Source: a virus (lineage: Duplodnaviria > Caudoviricetes). Taken from it: a DNA stretch of 64,000 nucleotides. Below the pieces are notes generated by a model. That model was given only the letters and a program-made list of their open reading frames with translations. It was not told the origin of the DNA and searched no databases. The stretch covers positions 1-64,000 of IMG/VR virus record IMGVR_UViG_3300042474_001076. One strand, written 5' to 3'. Shown one piece after another: positions 58,187 through 64,000 of this stretch (its first letter is position 1; each line of letters begins with the position of its first letter). The translations under genes and the position numbers were made by a program.

Positions 58187-60616
58187 ATGTCACTTAAAAT
58201 AATAAAAAGAGATGGGGATAATGTAACATTTAACCCACAAAAAATTTACAATCGTGTTAAAAAATCTGCAAAAGGTTTGAGTGTCAATTCAGACGAGATT
58301 TTTATCAAGGTTATCACTTCAGTACCAACTGAAGGTGATATAACAACAAAAGAATTAGATAAATTAATTTATGAGATAGCGGCGTCTTACACTGGAAGTC
58401 ATCATGATTACTCAAGATTAGCATCTTCAATTGCAATTTCTTCATACCATAAAGAAACTAACCCAAGTTTTTCAGAAACAATGTTAGAGTTACATTCACA
58501 TGGAATTATTAATGATGTGTTAGTGGAAACAATTCAAAAATACGGAGAAAAAAATATTGATGAAATTATAAATCATAATAACGATTATAATTTTGATTAT
58601 TTTGCTTGGAGATCATTACAAGAGATGTATTTACTAAAAACACCAGAAGGAAAAGTAATTGAACGACCTCAACACATGTATATGAGGGTATCTATATGGG
58701 TTACAGATAATTTTGAAGACGCAATTGAATATTATAAATCATTATCAAATCAACTTATTTCTAAAGCAACACCGATAATGATTAATTCTGGTACAAAAGT
58801 ACCTCAATTAGCTTCTTGTGTTTTACATTATAATAATTCGGATTCAAGACAAGGATTATTGGACACATTAAACGATATTTCAACTTACTCTTCAGATGCA
58901 GCAGGAATTGGATTATCTATGTCTAACATTAGAAGTAAGGAAAGTAGAATATCTACATCAGGGGGACACTCGGGTGGGTTGTTGAAGTATTTAAAAATTG
59001 TTAACGAATCATTAAGGTTTTTTAATCAACAAGGTCGTAGACCTGGATCCGCAGCAATTTATTTGGAACCTTGGCATAAAGATATTATAGACTTATTGGA
59101 AATTAAAAAAAATACTGGTGCTGAAGAATTAAGAGCTCGTGATTTATTTACGGCACTTTGGATTCCTGACAACTTTATGAGATCAGTTAAAAATAATGAA
59201 GATTGGTATTTGTTATGTCCTAACGATATAATTAAAGCGGGGATTAAACCATTACAAGAATCATTTGGTAATGAATATGAAGAAAATTACAATAAAGCTG
59301 TTTCTTTAGGGTTAGGTAAGAAAGTTAAGGCACAAGATATATGGTCTAAAATAATCGAATCACAAATTGAAACTGGAATTCCTTATCTATGTTCCAAAGA
59401 TAATGCAAACAGAAAAACTAATCATCAAAATATTGGAGTAATTAAACAATCTAATCTTTGTAATGAGATATATCAGTATACGGATGAAGAAACTACTGCA
59501 ATTTGTACCCTATCGTCTATTGTACTTAAAAACTTTATTATTGGAAATAAATTTGATTTTCAATTATTATTTAATGAAGTTAGAAAAGTTGTGAGAACTT
59601 TAAACAAAGTTATCGATATAAATAGTTACTCAACTAAAAAAGGATTAAAAGGGGGGTTAGAACAAAGAGCAATTGCTATTGGAACACAAGGTTTGGCAGA
59701 TGTTTTTTATTTACTTGATTTAATTTTTACTGAAGAAGAGGCAAAATTATTAAACAAACAAATCTTTGAAACGATATATTATGGTGCAATATACGAGAGC
59801 AATGATTTATGTAAAAAAAATAAATATAAACCATATAAATTCTTTAAAGGATCACCAATGTCGAAAAGAATATTTCAATTTGACATGTGGGGATTAACTG
59901 ATGATAATTTATCAGGATATTGGGATTGGAATACATTAAAAGATGATGTAAAACAGTATGGTGTATGTAATTCATTATTTACCGCACAAATGCCTGTAGC
60001 GTCTTCAGCTAAGATTACAGGTTCATTTGAAATGACAGAACCCGCACATTCAGCATTATTTAATCGACGAGTTGTTGGTGGTGAAATAATGATTGTAAAC
60101 AAATACTTAATTACTGATTTTGAAAAAATTGGGATATGGTCTGAAGATTTAAAAAATGAAATTATTATGAATGAAGGATCAATTAAAAATATTAATTTTA
60201 ATAACTATTTAGATCCTGATGACAAAAATTATAATAAAAAAGTTAAAAGAATTGAACATTTAATACCTAAATACAAAACAATTTGGGAGATATCACAAAA
60301 AGAATTAATTAATATGGCGGCAGATAGAGCCCCATTTATTGATCAATCACAATCAATGAACATTTATATGTCAAGTCCTACATTATCTAAAATTACCTCA
60401 TCACATTTCCATTCTTGGGAAAAAGGTTTAAAAACCCTTTGTTATTATGTAAGAACAAAAGCAATCTCAACGGGAGCTAAACATTTGGCGTTGGACACAA
60501 GTAAAAAAGAAAAAATAAATTTTAACTCAGAAGTACCAAAATTTGAACATGTAAATGAAGGTTTACCATTAAAACCGGATAGTTCAGAGTTTGAATGTTT
60601 TGGTTGTTCATCTTAA
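58187..60616 (+). CDS. nrdA: Ribonucleotide reductase class Ia alpha subunit
   Basis: ATP cone, QLASC, SNLCNEI, AICTL, QSQSMN, YYVR and C-terminal CFGCSS. Confidence 0.95.
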   Translation: MSLKIIKRDGDNVTFNPQKIYNRVKKSAKGLSVNSDEIFIKVITSVPTEGDITTKELDKLIYEIAASYTGSHHDYSRLASSIAISSYHKETNPSFSETMLELHSHGIINDVLVETIQKYGEKNIDEIINHNNDYNFDYFAWRSLQEMYLLKTPEGKVIERPQHMYMRVSIWVTDNFEDAIEYYKSLSNQLISKATPIMINSGTKVPQLASCVLHYNNSDSRQGLLDTLNDISTYSSDAAGIGLSMSNIRSKESRISTSGGHSGGLLKYLKIVNESLRFFNQQGRRPGSAAIYLEPWHKDIIDLLEIKKNTGAEELRARDLFTALWIPDNFMRSVKNNEDWYLLCPNDIIKAGIKPLQESFGNEYEENYNKAVSLGLGKKVKAQDIWSKIIESQIETGIPYLCSKDNANRKTNHQNIGVIKQSNLCNEIYQYTDEETTAICTLSSIVLKNFIIGNKFDFQLLFNEVRKVVRTLNKVIDINSYSTKKGLKGGLEQRAIAIGTQGLADVFYLLDLIFTEEEAKLLNKQIFETIYYGAIYESNDLCKKNKYKPYKFFKGSPMSKRIFQFDMWGLTDDNLSGYWDWNTLKDDVKQYGVCNSLFTAQMPVASSAKITGSFEMTEPAHSALFNRRVVGGEIMIVNKYLITDFEKIGIWSEDLKNEIIMNEGSIKNINFNNYLDPDDKNYNKKVKRIEHLIPKYKTIWEISQKELINMAADRAPFIDQSQSMNIYMSSPTLSKITSSHFHSWEKGLKTLCYYVRTKAISTGAKHLALDTSKKEKINFNSEVPKFEHVNEGLPLKPDSSEFECFGCSS

Positions 60617-60635
60617 AATAAATCACTATTTAAAT

Positions 60636-60667
60636 AAATCACGGCAAAAGTCGTGATTTTTTATTTT
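60636..60667 (+). terminator. Intrinsic terminator after nrdA
   Basis: AAATCACGGC-aaaa-GTCGTGATTT followed by a T-run. Confidence 0.75.
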
Positions 60668-60710
60668 ATATCTATTTAATCAAAAATTCTTAACCTTATA
60701 TTTATTAGAT

Positions 60711-61169
60711 ATGGCAAATGGAATAACATATGGTTTAACTTTCCCGTTTAGGGATTCGTTCGTTGGTAGATATTTAGATACCTCTAATGATAGTGATGAA
60801 GAAATAAGAAGTAATCTTGTACACTTATTATTAAGTAAAAAAGGAACAAGATACTTTTTACCCGATTTTGGGTCTAGATTATACGAATATCTTTTTGAAC
60901 CTTTAGACGGACCAACATTTAGTGAAATTGAAAATGAAATAAGGGATTCTGTTAGTAAATATATGCCAGGGATCTTAATAACAAACATTAAGATAACCGA
61001 CGCATCAACAGAAGACCAAAATCAAGGAACATATGTGAATCAATATGGGGAAAAAGAATTTACGGTACCAAATATATCACAGTTAGAACATACCGCAAAA
61101 GTTAGAATTGATTACAAAAATACTAATAATGCATTTAATTCAAGTGATTTTTTAATTATTAATATTTAA
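60711..61169 (+). CDS. Baseplate wedge protein gp25-like
   Basis: IRSNL..LLL..KG.R...PDFGS.L..YLFEP. TATTTAT lies at 60699-60705. Confidence 0.9.
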   Translation: MANGITYGLTFPFRDSFVGRYLDTSNDSDEEIRSNLVHLLLSKKGTRYFLPDFGSRLYEYLFEPLDGPTFSEIENEIRDSVSKYMPGILITNIKITDASTEDQNQGTYVNQYGEKEFTVPNISQLEHTAKVRIDYKNTNNAFNSSDFLIINI

Positions 61170-61175
61170 TAGTAT

Positions 61176-63014
61176 ATGGCAAATAAAAAAATATCTTACA
61201 CAACTAGAGACTTCGCAGGAATAAGAACTGAATTAATAAACTTTACAAGATCTTATTATCCCGACTTAGTACAAAATTTTAATGATGCGGGAGTATTTTC
61301 GGTATTATTAGATTTAAACGCTGCGGTAACTGATAACTTACAATTTCAGATTGATAGAAGTATACAAGAAACAGTATTACAATACGCACAACAAAAGTCA
61401 TCTATTTATAATATTGCCAAAACTTATGGTTTAAAAATACCTGGATCAAGACCTTCGGTTGCGTTAGTAGACTTTTCAATAACAGTTCCGGCTTTTGGGG
61501 ATAGAGAAGATTTAAGATATTGCGGAGTTTTAAGAAGAGGGTCTCAGGTTAATGGGGCTGGACAACCATTTGAAACAGTATATGATATTGATTTTTCATC
61601 ACCAACAAATGCCGAAGGATCACCAAACAGACTAAAAATTCCAAATTTTGATGCAAATAATAATATTACTAATTATACAATAACAAAAAGAGAGGTTATT
61701 GTTAATGGTATAACAAAAGTTTTTAAAAGAGTTATTACACCAAATGATGTAAAACCATTTTTTGAATTATTTTTACCTGAAAAAAATGTTTTAGGTATAA
61801 CCAGTGTCTTACTTAAAGACGGGACACAATATACTTCTCCACCGGAGACACAAGAATTTATATCGTTATTAAATAGATGGTATGAAGTAAAGGCATTGGC
61901 GGAAGACAGAGTTTTTGTTGAAGACCCGACAAAACCATCAGATCAACCTGGAATTAAAGTTGGTAAATACATTGTTACAAATACTAAATTTATTAGTGAG
62001 TATACCCCAGAAGGTTATACTAAAATGACTTTTGGTGGTGGAAATGTTTCAGCTGATGAACAATTGAGAGAATTTGCAAGAGACGGTGTTGGATTTGATC
62101 TTAACAAATATGTTAATAATTTAGCTTTAGGTAGTGCATTAAAGCCAAATTCAACATTATTTATACAATATCGTGTTGGGGGAGGACAATCAACCAATTT
62201 AGGTGTTAACATTATTACACAGATTGGAACAGTTTCGTTTTTTGTTAACGGACCCTCAGAATCAATTAACTCAACGGTAGTTAATTCACTTAGAGTTAAT
62301 AATGTTACCGCAGCAATTGGGGGAGCTAATCCACCAACAACTGAGGAAGTAAGACAATATGTATCTTATAATTTTTCCGCACAAAACAGAGCGGTTACAA
62401 TAAATGATTATGAATCGGTATTAAGAACTATGCCGTCTCAATTCGGTGCACCGGGTAAAGTATCTATTGTTGAAGAAAATAATAAAATAAAAATTAAAAT
62501 GTTATCCTACGACACTAATGGTAATCTAACAGAAGTTATTTCTAACACACTTAAAAGTAATGTTGCAAACTATCTATCAAATTATAGGATGATAAACGAT
62601 TACATATCCGTTGAGACAGCTAATGTAATAGATTTAAGTGTTGATGTAGATGTTGTTTTAGACTCAAGTCAAAATCAAGGGTCAGTTGTTGCTAAAATTA
62701 TTAATATTGTTACACAATATTTTAGTCCAACTGTTAGGGGGTTAGGTCAAAATGTTTATGTTTCTGAAATTAGAAGATTAATACAGAGTGAAAATGGTAT
62801 TATTTCTGTTTCAGGAATATTCATTTATAATAAAGTTGGGGGACAATATTCATCTTCCCAAACTTCACAGGCGTATGAAGACCCATCAACAAAAATGATT
62901 AAATTAATTGCCGATACAATATTTGCAGAACCAACTCAAATATATCAAATTAGGTATCCAAACAAAGACATTACCGTTAATGTTCTTAATTTAAAAACAA
63001 TTAATTTCTCTTGA
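61176..63014 (+). CDS. Baseplate wedge protein gp6 / baseplate J-like
   Basis: YT.RDF..IR..L, YRVGGG...N, GG and QNRAVT..DY motifs. Confidence 0.9.
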   Translation: MANKKISYTTRDFAGIRTELINFTRSYYPDLVQNFNDAGVFSVLLDLNAAVTDNLQFQIDRSIQETVLQYAQQKSSIYNIAKTYGLKIPGSRPSVALVDFSITVPAFGDREDLRYCGVLRRGSQVNGAGQPFETVYDIDFSSPTNAEGSPNRLKIPNFDANNNITNYTITKREVIVNGITKVFKRVITPNDVKPFFELFLPEKNVLGITSVLLKDGTQYTSPPETQEFISLLNRWYEVKALAEDRVFVEDPTKPSDQPGIKVGKYIVTNTKFISEYTPEGYTKMTFGGGNVSADEQLREFARDGVGFDLNKYVNNLALGSALKPNSTLFIQYRVGGGQSTNLGVNIITQIGTVSFFVNGPSESINSTVVNSLRVNNVTAAIGGANPPTTEEVRQYVSYNFSAQNRAVTINDYESVLRTMPSQFGAPGKVSIVEENNKIKIKMLSYDTNGNLTEVISNTLKSNVANYLSNYRMINDYISVETANVIDLSVDVDVVLDSSQNQGSVVAKIINIVTQYFSPTVRGLGQNVYVSEIRRLIQSENGIISVSGIFIYNKVGGQYSSSQTSQAYEDPSTKMIKLIADTIFAEPTQIYQIRYPNKDITVNVLNLKTINFS

Positions 63015-63087
63015 TAATTTATTTTTTGAATAAAAGAATTATTTTTTGAAAATAGGAAATAAACTATTTATCAAAAAAGAGTAATTA

Positions 63088-64000
63088 ATGCCAAAATCAT
63101 ATAGAATACGAACTACTCCTGGTAGTGAAAAAACTATCAACATTCAATTGGAACAGGACTTTGAGTTTTTAGAGATATTATCTTTAAAAATCAATCAAGG
63201 CGAAATCTATAATAGAATGTGCTCCGATTATGGGGTAGTTGTTGGTAGAGTTATTGTTAATAATGGATTTGGAGTTCCAAACGCTAGAGTATCTGTTTTT
63301 ATTCCTATTAGTGATTTAGATTTAGAAAATCCAATAATTTCTGAATTATATCCTTATAAAACAATTTCTGACATAAATGAAGATGGATATAGATATAACT
63401 TATTACCAAAAGAACCATCATATAATGGACACTCATCAACGGGAAATTTCCCAACAAAAAATGAAATTCTTACAGATCAATCATATGTTGAGGTATACGA
63501 TAAATACTATAAATTTTCAGTAAGAACAAATGAAAGTGGTGATTACATGATATTTGGAGTACCAACAGGTACTCAAACAATATTAATGGACGTTGATTTA
63601 TCTGATATTGGATGTTTTTCGTTATCACCACAAGATTTAATAGACATTGGTGTTGCGGTAGAGTCACAAGTTAATGGTTCTAGATTTAAAACATCAACAA
63701 ATTTAAATGAATTACCGCAAATTGTTAGTTTAAATAAAATTATTGAGGTATCACCATTATGGGGTGAACCTGAAATTTGTTTATTAGGAATAACTAGATC
63801 TGACTTTGATTTGACGGCAAATCTAAATATTAATATACAACCAACAGCAGTATTTATGGGGTCATTAATTTCGACTACAAACGATGATGCGGTTAGAGTT
63901 AGTTGTACACCAAGAAATAATACAGGAAATTTATGTGAATTAGTTTCAGGTCCTGGAGAAATAGTAACAATTAGGCAAACTATTGGAGTTGACCAACTTG
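63088..64000 (+). CDS. Large baseplate/structural protein, 3'-truncated (not in ORF track)
   Basis: ATG at 63088 reads MPKSYRIRTTPGSEKTINIQLEQDFEFLEILSL...YGVVVGRV..NNGFGVPNARVSVF, apparently open to the window end. TATTTAT lies at 63065-63071. Confidence 0.7.
   Translation, partial: MPKSYRIRTTPGSEKTINIQLEQDFEFLEILSLKINQGEIYNRMCSDYGVVVGRVIVNNGFGVPNARVSVFIPISDLDLENPIISELYPYKTISDINEDGYRYNLLPKEPSYNGHSSTGNFPTKNEILTDQSYVEVYDKYYKFSVRTNESGDYMIFGVPTGTQTILMDVDLSDIGCFSLSPQDLIDIGVAVESQVNGSRFKTSTNLNELPQIVSLNKIIEVSPLWGEPEICLLGITRSDFDLTANLNINIQPTAVFMGSLISTTNDDAVRVSCTPRNNTGNLCELVSGPGEIVTIRQTIGVDQL

Noticed and set aside
20416-60616. Inteins or introns in PolB, helicases, RecA or RNR
   Set aside because: Protein lengths are ordinary, the motifs are contiguous, and I saw no intein or homing-endonuclease signatures.
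1-64000. Stop-codon reassignment as in some jumbo or Lak phages
   Set aside because: Long genes are intact under code 11, and TAA, TAG and TGA all end genes at plausible positions.
29986-64000. Bacterial contractile injection system (eCIS/T6SS) rather than a phage
   Set aside because: A neck gene and a full replication set (PolB, helicase, SSB, RNR) are interleaved with the tail genes.
1-64000. tRNA or rRNA genes
   Set aside because: The intergenic gaps are short and AT-rich, and I saw no cloverleaf or T-loop signatures by eye. tRNAscan-SE would be needed to exclude them.

Overview
This is a 64 kb segment of a large, AT-rich, myovirus-type (T4-like or jumbo) tailed phage read in the standard genetic code. 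The host is probably Bacteroidota: there are no Shine-Dalgarno motifs, a TTTG-N20-TATCTTTG promoter precedes the polymerase, and one protein has a SprB-like module. Positions 20-64 kb hold core genes: family B DNA polymerase, neck, SNF2 helicase, head/tail completion proteins, sheath, tube, tail chaperone, tape measure, very large hub/baseplate proteins, SSB, RecA/UvsX, 5'-3' exonuclease, DnaB-like helicase, class Ia RNR and gp25/gp6-like wedges. Positions 1-20 kb are an accessory island, and this is the best candidate for an undescribed system. In it, a GT60-type polypeptide GlcNAc transferase and several glycosyl/methyltransferases sit among late-expressed, Cys-rich modular proteins with long mucin-like (PT/PTVT)n tracts and two Nal1-like serine proteases. 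I infer a phage-encoded mucin-type O-glycosylation system that coats virion appendages. Other notable signals are a probable +1 frameshift (UUU_UUU_CGG) in the tail chaperone, a recurring TATTTAT late-promoter motif (the inverse of the T4 consensus), a protease-PEBP fusion, a HEXXH-SOD fusion, an unannotated RHH gene with a tandem operator-like repeat, and RNA hairpins at two translation starts. All family calls come from motif recognition by eye, and no database search was run.
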